Under the pieces are notes generated by a model, which did no database searches, was not told the DNA's origin, and was given only the letters and a program-made list of their open reading frames with translations. The translations under genes were made by a program, and so were the position numbers. Shown here one piece after another: positions 23,335-36,294 of a DNA stretch of 59,964 bases. Origin of the DNA: Stramenopiles sp. TOSAG23-2 (taxonomy: Eukaryota); contig LT649252.1 of NCBI GenBank assembly GCA_900128395.1, positions 1 through 59,964 on the forward strand. Direction: 5' to 3'. Numbering within the stretch: position 1 is the first letter of the stretch; the number at the start of each line of letters is the position of its first letter.

Positions 23335-23610
23335 TGAAAAAAAATAACACTATTCATAATTAGAATAATGGATGTTGTTGGCGTTATGGAACATGGAACA
23401 GCGCACGGTGGTGCACGGTAGTGTTTGCCAGTTTGCTGGTTTGCCCCACAACGAATATTATAATAGAATGAATTAGAGAATCTATAGCTAGAAACCAAAA
23501 GAAGATATATATACATATATATATATCTACAAATTACAATATCTATATATATATCTTTTTATATATTTATACGTTCTTCTATTATATACGGGCCACGTTA
23601 ATTTTTCAAT

Positions 23611-25383
23611 ATGAGTGGTCGGAACGTATTAGCATCATTAAATACACCTAAAATATCACGGAAACAATCCGTTGGAGAACCTGGTTCTAGACAATATCTT
23701 GAAACAATATTAGTACAATTAATTCAAGTGGATGAAAATGATAATGAACATAGCGATGCTATGTCCCCTGGTCCTTTAGTAATAAAGGATAGGTATCATC
23801 GACTACGCAAATATAAATCGGTATTTTCAGGCAGAAATTTGTTAGAAAAATTAGTGGAAAACAATATTACAATGACAATGGAAAGTGCAATATCTATGGC
23901 AGAAAATATGGAAAGAAATAAAATAATAACACGTGTGCTAAATGCACCGTTTAGTTCGAAAAAACGCCATGGTTCCAGTAGTAAACGAAATTATAGTAAT
24001 GGCGAAAATGATAGTAAAAAAATTATAGGATGGACAGATAAAGATTTATTTCGTCTTGGGGATGATGTAGGCGTAAATTTAAAAAAAGTTGTGCGCTCTA
24101 TGTTAACATTAAAAGCACGTGTAAAACATTTGGAAGGTGCATTATTTGATTTAAGAGAAACGTTGTTAGAATTGGAAGCAGATATGCATTATGAGAAAGG
24201 TATTTTTTCAAACTTTATCCATGTACAATTGCAAACGCAAGCATATTTTGTCATAAGTCTTTTAGGAATAGTTATCTATTACACCTCAGAAGGTGGAATA
24301 TCTACGTCATTATTTAGCGCTGAACGTGTAAAACAAATTTTAGTTCTTTCATCATGTGGTATTTTATATTTACTTGTATGGTATCGTTCGCATTCGAAAT
24401 TTGTAAGAGGATCAATGCAAGGAAGCAGTAGCATCATGAATCATGATAATCGAAATAAACCAACAAGTAGTTTAATGAATACTATACAACAACAAATACC
24501 TGGATATGGCGGTAAAGGTGCAAAAACCGATGGTAATAAAGTAAAACGACGAAAATCGTTTGTAGAGCTAGAGGATCAACGTGAGAAACGCAGAAGAATA
24601 TTATCGAATTCAATTATTGAAGCTAGAGGGGCTTCAGGTGTGAATCAAACATTTTTAATGCCATATCCAGGGAAAGATAACAAAAAACAAACTTGTTGGA
24701 GTGAACCACCTGGAGAAGATTTCCTTGTTCGCGGTGCTAACTATTTAGTAGATAGTGTTAAAGTTCCTTCGAAACATATAGCATTAGAAACATTAACATG
24801 CGAGCTTGCATCAATGGAAAAAAATGTAAAAGTAGAAACGATGGCAGGTCTTTCAGGTTCTACTGCGGATTATCTTTCACAAAATGCTTTAATAATCAAT
24901 GGGGTGAAAAAGGAATCGCAATTATTTGTTGTTACATTCTTAGTTCCGGGCTATGTCGTCTCCTGGACTTGTCGTGTCCGTGATGATATGGAACCTGATC
25001 CTGCGTTTGATGAGTTATGGGATGAGTTTTACAATAATCCTGATGATAAATATCGAAATGAGCGTCTGAAAATATTGCCAAATATTCCAGATGGGAATTG
25101 GATTGTGAAAAAAACAGTAGGGAAAAAACCAGCGATTGCTGCAAGAGCAGTAGATGCACAATGGAATCGAGGTAGTAATTATCTAGAAGTAGTATATGAT
25201 GTTAGCACTTCATATGTTGGAAATAAGATTTTTAATGTAGTAAAAGGGTATGCAAAGAAAATTACGCTTGATTTAGCATTTGTTATTCAAGGAAATTCTC
25301 GACGAGAATTGCCAGAAAGAATATTATGTGCAGCCAGATTCTTTTCCATTGATTTGGATGCTGTTAATGCATTGGAAATGTGA
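23611..25383 (+). CDS. DEP domain + coiled coil + two TM + EDR2 C-terminal (DUF1336) domain protein
   Basis: IKDRYHRLRKYKSVFSGRNLLEKL (DEP-like); CWSEPPGEDFLVRGANYL, RLKILPNIPDGNWIVKKTVGKKP, DLAFVIQGNSRRELPERILCAAR (EDR2_C). Confidence 0.82.
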   Translation: MSGRNVLASLNTPKISRKQSVGEPGSRQYLETILVQLIQVDENDNEHSDAMSPGPLVIKDRYHRLRKYKSVFSGRNLLEKLVENNITMTMESAISMAENMERNKIITRVLNAPFSSKKRHGSSSKRNYSNGENDSKKIIGWTDKDLFRLGDDVGVNLKKVVRSMLTLKARVKHLEGALFDLRETLLELEADMHYEKGIFSNFIHVQLQTQAYFVISLLGIVIYYTSEGGISTSLFSAERVKQILVLSSCGILYLLVWYRSHSKFVRGSMQGSSSIMNHDNRNKPTSSLMNTIQQQIPGYGGKGAKTDGNKVKRRKSFVELEDQREKRRRILSNSIIEARGASGVNQTFLMPYPGKDNKKQTCWSEPPGEDFLVRGANYLVDSVKVPSKHIALETLTCELASMEKNVKVETMAGLSGSTADYLSQNALIINGVKKESQLFVVTFLVPGYVVSWTCRVRDDMEPDPAFDELWDEFYNNPDDKYRNERLKILPNIPDGNWIVKKTVGKKPAIAARAVDAQWNRGSNYLEVVYDVSTSYVGNKIFNVVKGYAKKITLDLAFVIQGNSRRELPERILCAARFFSIDLDAVNALEM

Positions 25384-25549
25384 AAATATTTTTGAGAATC
25401 TCACTATCAGTATAATATAATTTAATTTACGCATAATTTATTTTTAATTTACTCATATGATAATTCCTACTCTTCAAAAGAATAAAATAACTGAAAATTA
25501 TGATATATTATACTTCGTACGTATTATATCATATCATACTTTTATATAT

Positions 25550-25748
25550 ATATAAAAAATTTCTTCTACACTCATGTATTAATATAAATTTCTTTTACTC
25601 CCGGAAATTAACATCTCAAATCAAAAATGATTTTTAAATATTCATTTATTATACTGGTACGTATAAACATAGGAAATTATTTATATATATATATCATCAT
25701 GGGGGTTCTCAATTCGTGAGCTATCGGTTTTTGTATTTGTTTTCATAC
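25550..25748 (-). repeat. Diverged partial copy of the dispersed element (also at 42201-42399)
   Basis: Reverse strand aaaacaaatacaaaaaccgatagctcacgaattgagaacccccatgatga matches aaaacaaataccaataccgatacaagaattgagaactcccatgatga near 37424-37470. Confidence 0.7.
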
Positions 25749-25791
25749 ATATATATCATATCATATCTTATTTTAATAATATTACGAGCTT

Positions 25792-28700
25792 TCAATTACC
25801 AGGAAAATAAATTTCTTCCTCTTCCGTAAAATTATCAAAATAATTTTGCTGTTGTCCTGTAAATTCAAGTGCATGTTGGTCCCAAACTTGTTCATATGCA
25901 CTGTTAACAGCAGATTGGCCAACAGAATAATTAGTCTTAATTTTTTGTCTTGATTTTGAAAAACTTGGTGTTCCAACTACACCAGATTGTATTTCATTAT
26001 CAGATTTTTTACTATTTTCCTCTTTACTATCATCACGATTTATGTCAGAAAACATATCTTCAAGATCCTTCTTCATATCCATTTGAAGTTCCTTCATTGA
26101 TTCATAACTCATTTCCACGTTAACATGTTTCAAAATGCCTGAACGCATTGTATTGTGTCTTTGAAAACCTTTAATGACCATACTTTGTGAGCTTGTGCCA
26201 CATAGAATATCCTTAGAGACACGTATCGGTTCGTATCCAGTGCAATCTCCATGCAAAGTATTTAAATCAGGGCAAATAACATACGGACAATTCTCTTCAA
26301 AGTATAAATTGCCAGTAACCGCACATACAACCATTTTTTTCTCTTTTTTCTTTGCTAAAATTGTATCAAAGAAACTGTATTGATTAGCTGCTTTTTTCAA
26401 ATCTTGAAATATTTTCTTAGCCTTTAATAATTGTCTTTGTTGATCAGTTTTTTGTTTTTGTTTTTCAAGTTCATCTTGTTCCTCGCCATATATCTTCATA
26501 AAATGGCATAAGGTAATGTTAAGAAACACCAACTCAGTCAAATATATGTAAATGACAAAAAAGAGAAGATTTAAAACATCACCAAAGTTATTCAGATTTC
26601 GGAAGTAATCAAAGGAAGCATGCCAGTTATTTAAAAACATGATTGTAAATAATGTAAACAGTGCATGGTAGTCTGTATGAAACGAAATAGCTTGCAAATG
26701 ACCACCATGTATAACTACCTTCTTGTCGTCGACAATGTTTTTATAGCTAAATGTACTTGTATTGAAGTAGGTATTTCTTGTTTTATCATTGATATTTGCA
26801 TCGTTACCATGGTCTTGACCATAAAAAAGTTGTCCTATAATAATGAAGGGATAACTGATAAAGATCCAAAGCCACAAGTACTTCTTGCCAAACCTCTTGA
26901 ATCTCACAAACGTACGGCCAAGCGGTTTGAAACTTAAAAATATCGCTCTACAACAGCCAGGGGATTCATTAGGATGCACTTCTTGCAGACCAAAGATTAA
27001 TGAAGTTGACCTTGATGCTGCAACGAAATATGCAAATCTTAACAAATTTATACTAAACTGACGATTATGAAATTGCGACTCATTAATTAACATTGCACCA
27101 AAATTACATGGATCGATAAATAATGCAAATTCTAAAACACTGGCAACGATGCTGCAACATGTTGTTTGAAATTGCCATCGCCATGATTTAGTCATAAAAT
27201 AACCAATAAATCCAACTGCAAACACTTTCACAAAAAATTCTACGAGATAAATTAATGTTATAATTAAATTTATAAATGCAAAGATTCGTCGCAAAAATTT
27301 ATGCAAGTCTGGTATTTCTAATAAAATAGACATGGAAAATAATAAAACTGCGTTAACAAACAAAGTATATTGGATCAGGCTATGAAACCAAGAAAAGGAA
27401 ATCAACCATTTTCTTAACGATTGGCAAATGCCGCCATAACAACATTCGTAGCAAATGCTATGCTTTTGCTTTTTACGCTTCTTTTTTCCTGTATTGGCAT
27501 ACTTTTTCCATGGTACATAATCGGGTATATCAAATCTTGGGTTTCTTACCATCCATTTCGCAGGCGCATCTTCATGTTGAAGTAGCATATCACAAAGCCT
27601 CCAAAACTCTTGTAACGAAATTTTTTCATCTTTATCCACGTCAAGTTTACGGAATACTTGATCAAATGTACTAAAATCATTATCTGATTCAATAATGCGA
27701 AAGTTACTTAACAACAACATGAACTGGTTAAGTGTTAAATAATTATTTCCTTCATGATCTAAAGCATTAAAGGCAAGTGCTAATGAATGTAACTGATTAC
27801 TCATAGAATAAATAACCTGTTTACGATTACTTTTTTCTAATGCAAATTGAATACGTGCAACAATATAATTTAAAACCAAAATATCAAAAATTAATAAAAA
27901 TATGAAGAAAAACAAGGAAGCGGTGACAAAATTTCTTTGCATCATGGATGGAACTGAAATTTCAGGAAAATTTACTGTTCCAAATGTCATATAAAGCAAG
28001 GTACGAAATGTTCCTAGTACAAAAACATCTTCATCTATACTATTACCATTGATATATTCTCGAATATAATCACCTTGCGCAAATGCCAAACCTTTTTCGC
28101 CTACTTTACTATAACAATATTCGTTTGCATTTCTGCTGCATTGTATATTTATTTGTTGATTTGTTGCATTACTAATACTAGCGTTGAGATTCAGAGCAGG
28201 TTGTACTGTATCAGATGCATAACATTGTTCTGTGTCCAACTGAACTCTCCATTTATTAGATGGAAAATACCATAAGAAGCTTGGAAGCCAGTAAATGAAC
28301 AGCCAAATAATGATAAACACAAAAGGGAACAACATCTCTCTCACAACATAACAGAACTGTAAAAATTGGCGTCTTAAGGATTCATTGTGATAAAACATTA
28401 TAAACCAGAAGGGCAATTGTCCTAAGACTCTGTTATCATCGCTTGCTCCTAACGCAATCTTTATATAAAAAGAAAGTCAAAGTTCAAATAAGTACTGTTA
28501 GTTATATCTTGATATCCTTTTGCAGATTCATAGTACTATTAGACCATTTTGTATATTAGATACTTACATATATTACCATCGGAAATACACTTAGACAATA
28601 TAAGAAATTGAAAGAAAAAATGCTTTCACAGTTATGTTCCCCTAGATCCATTGATTCTTCAAATGTATATCGATGTGCTCGCCAAAATTTAAACATGCCT

Positions 28701-29719
28701 CGATGCATTAAATATTGTAATAGGATGTCTAGAGAGAAAAATACTGTTAAAATGACAGTTGTGACAAAAGTGAGATATTTGAAGTCACTGGAAGCACCGA
28801 AAGAGGATCCGAGTAGCCTTAATGAGATATACAAATGGCTCAAAATGTACATTAAATAGGTCCACCCACCTTCAACACGGAGAAAATGGTGTATATATGC
28901 TTGATTGATTGATCTTATATCGCCAGCGCTTTGAAAACCGTTCATTGCATCCCGGATATATGTTGCTGCGTACACATCGTTGAAATTAGCGGAAGTATCT
29001 AACCTATCCAAGTTATTATTTGGAGAATACCTCTGTAGTAAATACATAACAGGCCCTTCAAATATTGAGAATTTGGTTTTGTTTTCATTATTATAATTAT
29101 TGTCACTTTTTTCCTTATAACTACTTTCTGATTTCGATTTATTAAAATGTTTACCATAATATTCATCTAGCTTAGTAATTTCAGCCTCACTTACATCTAC
29201 CGTTTGCAATTTTTTTGTTTTGCCATCAGTAAAATGTATTTGTGCGGATGGTATATGCCTCAAACCGTAATGCCTAGATTGAACGGTTTTTAATCGATTG
29301 CTTTTTAAACCATTCATTGCATGTATCATATTTGCTGCATGTATCCACGTCTTTTTTGCGTTATTACTTTTACTTTCCATTGACTTTAGTTTTAATCTTT
29401 GTTTTAATTTTTCGTTTTTTGCATTCCGTTGCTGTTTGAAGTATGAGTGCATTTCCTTATTTACGTCGTCGTATTGTTTTACTGCTTTCGTCAATTTGCT
29501 ATTTTCTAATGCTTGTAGTATATCCTTTGGTAGTGGTATATTTGGGTTTTCATTACTAAACTCTGTTGCCGCTATAGATAAGTTATTTAATATTTCTTCA
29601 TATTTCTTAAATGTTGTTTGTAGTTTTTTTGAGGTAGTACTAGTGTTATTCGACAAAGTGGCTGTTGGAGACACTACATATTTCGATGAGACATCTGACG
29701 CGGGTGTGTCTTTCTCCAT
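25792..29719 (-). CDS. Two-pore channel (TPC)-like protein with EF-hand linker; exons 29719-28568 and 28458-25792
   Basis: Phase-0 intron 28459-28567 (gtaagt...taaag) joins the two ORFs; AATYIRDA N-terminal motif, filter 1 GTVNFPE, EF-hands DHEGNNYLTLNQF and DVDKDEKISLQEF, filter 2 MFLNNWH. Confidence 0.85.
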
Positions 29720-30315
29720 GGCGATAAGGATGATATTGCCACGTGCATAGATTTACATAGTTTGTAAGGAACGTATGTATATGTATATGTATATATAGAA
29801 CTACATAGACTATATATCTTTATTAAAAAAAGGGGTTTTTTAGTTTAATGAGAAGAATGCTGGAATGCCACATATTAATATGCCACAGTGTTATCATTAT
29901 AGATCTTAATCTATAGCTGGATAGTATGACGGAATAAGTATATTACACCCTTTTAATACGGGTAAAGTAGGGGAAAATTGACTATTAATATTTATATGAA
30001 GATGGGAAAAAAAAAACACTGTCGTCGACTATAATTGAAAATGCTGTTTTCCCATTGTCCATTGTATTCCCATGCTAATGCTATATTGTAATCACCCTAG
30101 ATATAATTCTAAATAATAATGGCCGGCGAAAGGTGGTTTTTGTGGTTGTTGTTTTAATTAATAATTTATAATTTATGAATGGACATAAAAATAAATTACA
30201 AATGAAAATGTGATATGACGTATCTAGACGACTATAGATATAAACAAAATACATACTATAGAAAAACCAACAAAGTCATTAACTGAATCAGTAACAACAT
30301 TAAAATCAAGGGAAA

Positions 30316-30981
30316 ATGGATAGACAAAATCGTGTTGGATCGAAGCCTGGTGGTGGTGGCATTGCATCAACGCAAGCACAGAATCGTGCAAGAAAACAAC
30401 GTTTAGCAGAGTTAGCTATGGAATCATTTGATTTATCAAAGGATCCATATTTTATGCAGAATTCAATTGGTAGATATGAATGTAGATTATGCTTGACACA
30501 ACATAAAACAGAAAGTAATTATTTGGCACATACACAAGGATCGCGTCATCAACAAAATTTAAGACGGCGACAAATACAAAATGCTGAACGAGAAAATAAT
30601 AGTGAAGCTAATTTGGCAGCTCAACAAGCTAAAGCGAAACAAAAAGTTAAAATACCACGTATAGGTCAACCTGGCTATCGTGTATCAAAAGGAAGAGATC
30701 CTAAAACTGGACAAAAATATGTATATTTTGAAATAGATTATCCAATGATTGATGATAAGTTACAACCACGGCATCGTTTTATGAGTGCATATGAACAAAA
30801 AATTGATTTTCCACCAGATCCAAATTATCAATATTTATTATTTGCAGCTTTACCATATGAAACTATTGGATTTAAAGTACCAAATTTACCAATTGATAAT
30901 GATCGTGAGAAATTTGTATCTAATTGGGATTATGAGAAAAAAATGATGAGTTTAAAAGTTACGTTTGTAAAGGAAAGTTGA
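30316..30981 (+). CDS. SF3A2: Splicing factor 3A subunit 2 (SF3a66/Prp11)
   Basis: MDRQNRVGSKPGGGG, DLSKDPYFM, C2H2 finger ECRLCLTQHKTESNYLAHTQGSRH, PRHRFMSAYEQK, YETIGFKVP. Confidence 0.96.
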   Translation: MDRQNRVGSKPGGGGIASTQAQNRARKQRLAELAMESFDLSKDPYFMQNSIGRYECRLCLTQHKTESNYLAHTQGSRHQQNLRRRQIQNAERENNSEANLAAQQAKAKQKVKIPRIGQPGYRVSKGRDPKTGQKYVYFEIDYPMIDDKLQPRHRFMSAYEQKIDFPPDPNYQYLLFAALPYETIGFKVPNLPIDNDREKFVSNWDYEKKMMSLKVTFVKES

Positions 30982-31350
30982 AGAAGGAAATGTCTATAAT
31001 ATGACTGAAATGACTCCTGTAGTGTTAAATGTAATCTCTCTCTGTGATATGTGTGTGTATAAAAATGTAAAATAATAAATTTTTGAATATATATTCTTTT
31101 TTTTTATTGAAGGCAAAACTAAACTGGTAAAACCCATATTTTTTAATTCGTGTTGTATTATTAATAAAACCTATAAATAGTAGAACATTACATTTTTTTT
31201 AAATTTCTGATAATAATTAAAACAAGAAATATAACAAAATCACTTACGTTTTTGGTTTAGATATTTATAAATAAGACGTGTTTAGCGAAAAAAATATTCG
31301 TCACTACAGCAACACAGTGTGTGTGTATCTATATATATTATATATCAATC

Positions 31351-32785
31351 ATGTCAGCCATAGCAAATAATAATGTAAATAATAATAATAATATCTTTCA
31401 TGAAATTAAAAGAAAACTAGAAGAATTAAATAGTGATATTGTTGTATCAGATGAGATGCAACGTAATCCCGTTTATAAACGTGGTATTTCAAAAGACTTC
31501 ATACGTAGACTATTACAATGTTCTAATATAGATGAGAAAGTGACGCCAGGACAATTAGTATGGGGTGCTACAACAATAGGTCCACGAAATTATCTACAAT
31601 TTGATATGGAAAAAGATCCATATTCAATTGCTGCTTTGACGAAAAAAACAACTTTATCATTTGTTGAAACTTGCCAGCTTGTAAATATTGTAAATAAAGA
31701 TAATGATAAAACCGGTTCCAAACCATATTTTGACACCGCTAATGTATTTGTATCTTATGGATGGCATGGTGCAGTTGTACGAGAACAGCTTGAATCATTA
31801 CTATCATCTACAGAAGATACGGAAGACACATATTTTTGGATAGATATATTCGCTGTAGCACAAAATCAAGTATCAAAATTGGAGAAGAAACATAATGGGG
31901 GGGATGTATCATCCTTTGAAGAGGTGGTAAAAAAATCAAAGGTGACGTTGTTATATTGGTCACCATATGATAGCCCTAATCCGATAGCACGTGTATGGTG
32001 TTTGTTTGAAATTCTGTTAACGCTTAAAAAAGGCAACAAACTTTCAGTGTTCTTCAGAGAAAAAGATATGGAAAATTTATATGTAAATGAGGATGATGAG
32101 AAAAAAGCAGAATTAAAATATCAAGAAATTGCTAATCAAATGAGACTTACACTTGATAAATTAAAATCTGTAGATGCAAATGCGACTTTTCAACCAGATT
32201 GGAGGCGTATACATGTTCAAATTGAATGTACATTGTCGCCTGAATCGGACTTTAATGATCCATTCAATACGGATTGTGTAATTCCACCAGGATCGTTAAT
32301 AGCAAATGTTCAAGAGGATGAAGATTGGGAAAACATGGATGATGGAACATATATTTTTGAGAAATATAATCTGAATTTCATGTGGGGTGAAGCAAAACCA
32401 GAAGCGGAAGGGAATGGTACTTGGTTTGGGGGTGCATTGGGCCATCGTGAATTAGATCAAATGGCGAAAAATGCGGTAGAAAAAGCACTTGCGGACAAAG
32501 GTATCCCAGTTGCTACTGCAGCAACATTATTGTTCGAAAGTAGTAGTGATGCAATAGATGAAGATATGGATAAATTATATAGGCCGTTCGGGCCTAGTAC
32601 ATATGGTATTTGTCACAGTGGTGGATTTATTGCAGTAGAAGTGTACGAAGATGATGATGATGATGATGATGAAGAAGAAGAAGAAGAAGAAGAAGAAGAA
32701 GAAGATGGTGAAGATAATGAGGAAGATGGCGATGAATATGATGACGAAGATAATGATGATGACGATGATAATGATAATGACGATG

Positions 32786-32816
<31 letters not shown>

Positions 32817-34083
32817 AGAAGAAGATGAAGGTGAAGAATTAGTAACGATATTAAATATTTTTAATGGGCAAATATTAAAATTGGTGCCATTTAGAGAATT
32901 TCCTCTCTCAAGATTTTTAGATTTACAATACAATAATCTTGTGGCAAGTAGTTTCAACGCTAATAATAAATATGATGTAATAAAGCCGGAAATCATTATA
33001 TGGAATATGAAAACGTCAGAAGAACTTGGTCGTTTAGATTGCAGTACGTTAGATAATGATAATGATGATGCAAAAGCAGAAACAAAAGTAGATAAAAAAC
33101 TATCAAACAACAATAAAAAAATGAAATTTGTAAACCAACTTGCTTTTATCTTACCATCATCCAATGATAGTAGTGACAACAAAACAAATAAATCAAAGAG
33201 AAAAATTGTTGTACTTCATGATGATGACACTTTATCTGTATGGAATTTGGATACGCATGAATGTCTATATTCTACAGAAGAGCCTATCAATTGCAATGAA
33301 TCAATGATTGCATTGCATTATGATAATAATACAAAATCTATCCTTTTGATCGGAGAAAAAGAGGAAGAGGAGGAGAAAAAAGATATTGATGCTACTGTTG
33401 CTGTTAAGCCATCACGATATGGTGTATATGATTGGGATGACTCAAAACAAATACTAGCAAAAAAATGTATAATACATTTAGCGGGTCCGGTTGAAAGAAA
33501 TATAGAAGATAATGGATGTCACGAACACTTTGGGGATGCAGGAAAAGGCGAGCTGGTTTGTTGTTATAATCCTTTGGATGGCGATTCCACTATAGGAGCT
33601 ATTCATATACGATTATACAATATTCTTCAAATGATTGATGGTATTAATAATAATACTGTAGATACCATGAATATAAGTACAATTTCAAGCATTGCTACAG
33701 ATTCATGTATTGAAAGCGAACGTAAAGAGATTGATGTAATGGCATTTGCTTCATGTCCTACGTTTCGTTGGGTCGGATTTGGAGAATTTTTTGGATTAAA
33801 AGTTTACAATATAGATACATTTGAATTAACATTAGTCGTTGCAAAGGGGGATGTAACATTTGATATGAAATTTTTTGCAATTCAAGCTGATGATGCTGGA
33901 GAAGAAATTGAAACGGAAGAAGAACTTGATTTTTTACAAACATTGATCCATCCGATGAATGAAGAAAATGATGATAGTAATATTGCTGCTGTTGATAATG
34001 CACAGCAGAAGAGGAAAGTACGTTCTTTTCTTGCAGCACATGATCAACGTGGGACATTAAGCTGTTGGGAATTACCAGTGTGA
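31351..34083 (+). CDS. TIR/HET-like N-terminal domain, D/E acidic tract and degenerate WD40 repeats
   Basis: VFVSYGW, YFWIDIFAVAQ, ARVWCLFEI motifs; ~60-residue D/E tract; WD-like ends IIIWNMKT, LSVWNLDT, GVYDWD, LKVYNIDT, LSCWELP. First ATG at 31351. Confidence 0.7.
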
Positions 34084-34328
34084 GTCGTTGTTGAGCTTTT
34101 ATATTTAATATATATTTATATATTAAAATATTTAATAAAATATTTCTTTTTTTGATGATTTTCTAATACCTTTTTAAGTATGATATTAGGTCATTTGATA
34201 GGGTCATCAAGCTCACAACAATACCAAAAATAAATCGTCGTCGATCGACTAAAACTTCAAAATAATAATAATAAATGAATAAATGGTATTCTATATGTAC
34301 ACATTTACTTGATTTGAATAAACATTGA

Positions 34329-34368
<40 letters not shown>

Positions 34369-34502
34369 ACAATATCTAAAAAAACATCAAAACGAAAGAA
34401 GAGATACACACACATAAGACAGTATTATATATATATATTTATTTATTCATATATTTATTTGTTTATATATATATTGAGAATCGTTTTATCGGTATATTTT
34501 AA

Positions 34503-34808
34503 ATGGCGTCGTTAGTTACTGATGATAATGATACGACAACAACAAGAAGAAGAAGAACAACTACTGAAGCATCCGAACTTCCACATTTTGAAGATTTACG
34601 TGGTATATTACAAATATGTAGTGGTATTGATACAAAACCAGGTATCATATCATATTTTGATGATGATATACATGCAGTGATAAATATGTTTGCAAAAACA
34701 AGTACAAAATTTCTTGAATATGAACCATTGCGTCAAAAATATTTTAAAGTTATACATATAAGAAATTCGTCTAATTATAAATCTTTCTATTTACACATAT
34801 GGATATAA
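34503..34808 (+). CDS. Short hypothetical ORF, possibly a truncated gene or first exon
   Basis: ATG in aaaATGg context and coding-like composition to about 34748, then intergenic-like sequence; no family recognised. Confidence 0.35.
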   Translation: MASLVTDDNDTTTTRRRRTTTEASELPHFEDLRGILQICSGIDTKPGIISYFDDDIHAVINMFAKTSTKFLEYEPLRQKYFKVIHIRNSSNYKSFYLHIWI

Positions 34809-35155
34809 TTACAAATTCATATAATAAATTGTTATCCAAAATTATAAATCTTTTTTCTATTTACACTTATACAGATATTGATATACAAACACACACACAT
34901 ATATATATATAACAAATTCCTCCAATGATCTCAATGAATGACTATCTCTATGGAAACATTGAACACACATATATGTACATTTATGCAATACAAAAATCAC
35001 ATGAAAAATAAATTTTACAAAAAAGGAAATTGTTTATGTCGGTTGTTTTAAGGTAAAATGAACATTTGATGATATATAGGTGGGTAATAAATATTGTACT
35101 GGTTAGTATATAAATTATGTAAATCTTTAAATTTCACACCACTGTTTTTATATTT

Positions 35156-36226
35156 CTACAACGATGCTTGTGGAGCAAGACCAATTTTCAATGCATTACG
35201 GACAAGTGTTTGAAAGACTGGATGCAACCATGAACCAGGAAAATCCTCTTGTGCATCGTAAACATGATCTTTATGTTTTTTATGTGGTCGTTTTGCATTT
35301 GGATTTGCACTTTTATGTACATACGTCTGCCCACCACTGTTGGAGCGTAGCGTATGAATGAGTGGTGTGTTAGAGGATGGGTTTTTTTTTTTTTTTTGAT
35401 TTAGGGGAATAGAATTTACTTACTTAGGTTGTTTTGGACTATGCGTATGACCTAAACCCATATATATCACTTTTCCTTTCCCAATCTTTCTTTCATATCC
35501 AATCGCTAATGTAGATCCATTAGGTCCTTCCAATGCTGGATGCACATCATATTTAAAACCAAATGGTGGGGTACGTACTGATTCATCCGTTCGTTGCGTC
35601 GTCAAGAAAACATTTGTATTTGGTTTATCTTGCAATTCAATCAAATACACTTCATCAATTGTTTCAAATGTATTTGGCAAGCCATCAGTCAAATGCTTTA
35701 CACTGTCATCATGTGAAACATCAACATTAAATTTTATATGTGGTGGATGATTTAAAAATGCTCCACCCATTAATTCATGGTATTTAAATTTCTTGATACG
35801 TCGCCAATTACCTTCACCTTTTCTTGGTTTTTCCGCAAAGCCACCAGCACTTCCATGAAAACTAACCCAAGTGCCACCGTTCATTAAAAATGCTTCTAAA
35901 ACTTCTGTTTCTTCTTCATTTGGTAATGGTCCAGCTGTATATGTAACTAACATATTCGCTTGTTTTAGAAATGCTTCTAGTTGACTATACGAAGAAGCAA
36001 CTGTACTTGCATATCCTAACTCAGACAAATAATTTAATAATTGAAGACGTACAAAATCCATATCATGCAATGCTATCATTTGTGTGTTTGTAAACAATAA
36101 TTAATTATATTAAATGTTAGTTCATCTACTTTATATATAATATTAGATACATCATGTATACTTACCATGTTTACCATATGGAAATCCCCCAATAACGACG
36201 TGTGCTTTTGGTACTTTTGGATTCAT
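35156..36226 (-). CDS. ThuA-like (class I glutamine amidotransferase-like fold) protein, 296 aa; exons 36226-36166, 36072-35424, 35336-35156
   Basis: Two gtaagt...ag introns (36073-36165, 35337-35423) give an 891-nt frame: MNPKVPKAHVVIGGFPYGKHALHDMDFVRL...GGTWVSFHGS...GGAFLNHPP...DEVY...GKGKVIYMGLGH...SWLHPVFQTLVRNAL...QASL*. Confidence 0.85.
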
Positions 36227-36294
36227 CTTACTACAGTACAGTATTTATATACGTATAAAACAAATACAAAAACCGATAGCTCACGAATTGAGAA

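Larger units (their letters stand above)
22815..36260 (+). repeat. Large duplicated segment, copy 1 (~13.4 kb)
   Basis: Identical ORF translations recur at offsets 16754, 16651 and 16662. Confidence 0.97.

Noticed and set aside
32613..33182. Poly-Ser antisense ORF and poly-Met/Lys ORF (also 49264-49833)
   Set aside because: Shadows of the GAT/GAA acidic tract in the TIR-like/WD40 gene.
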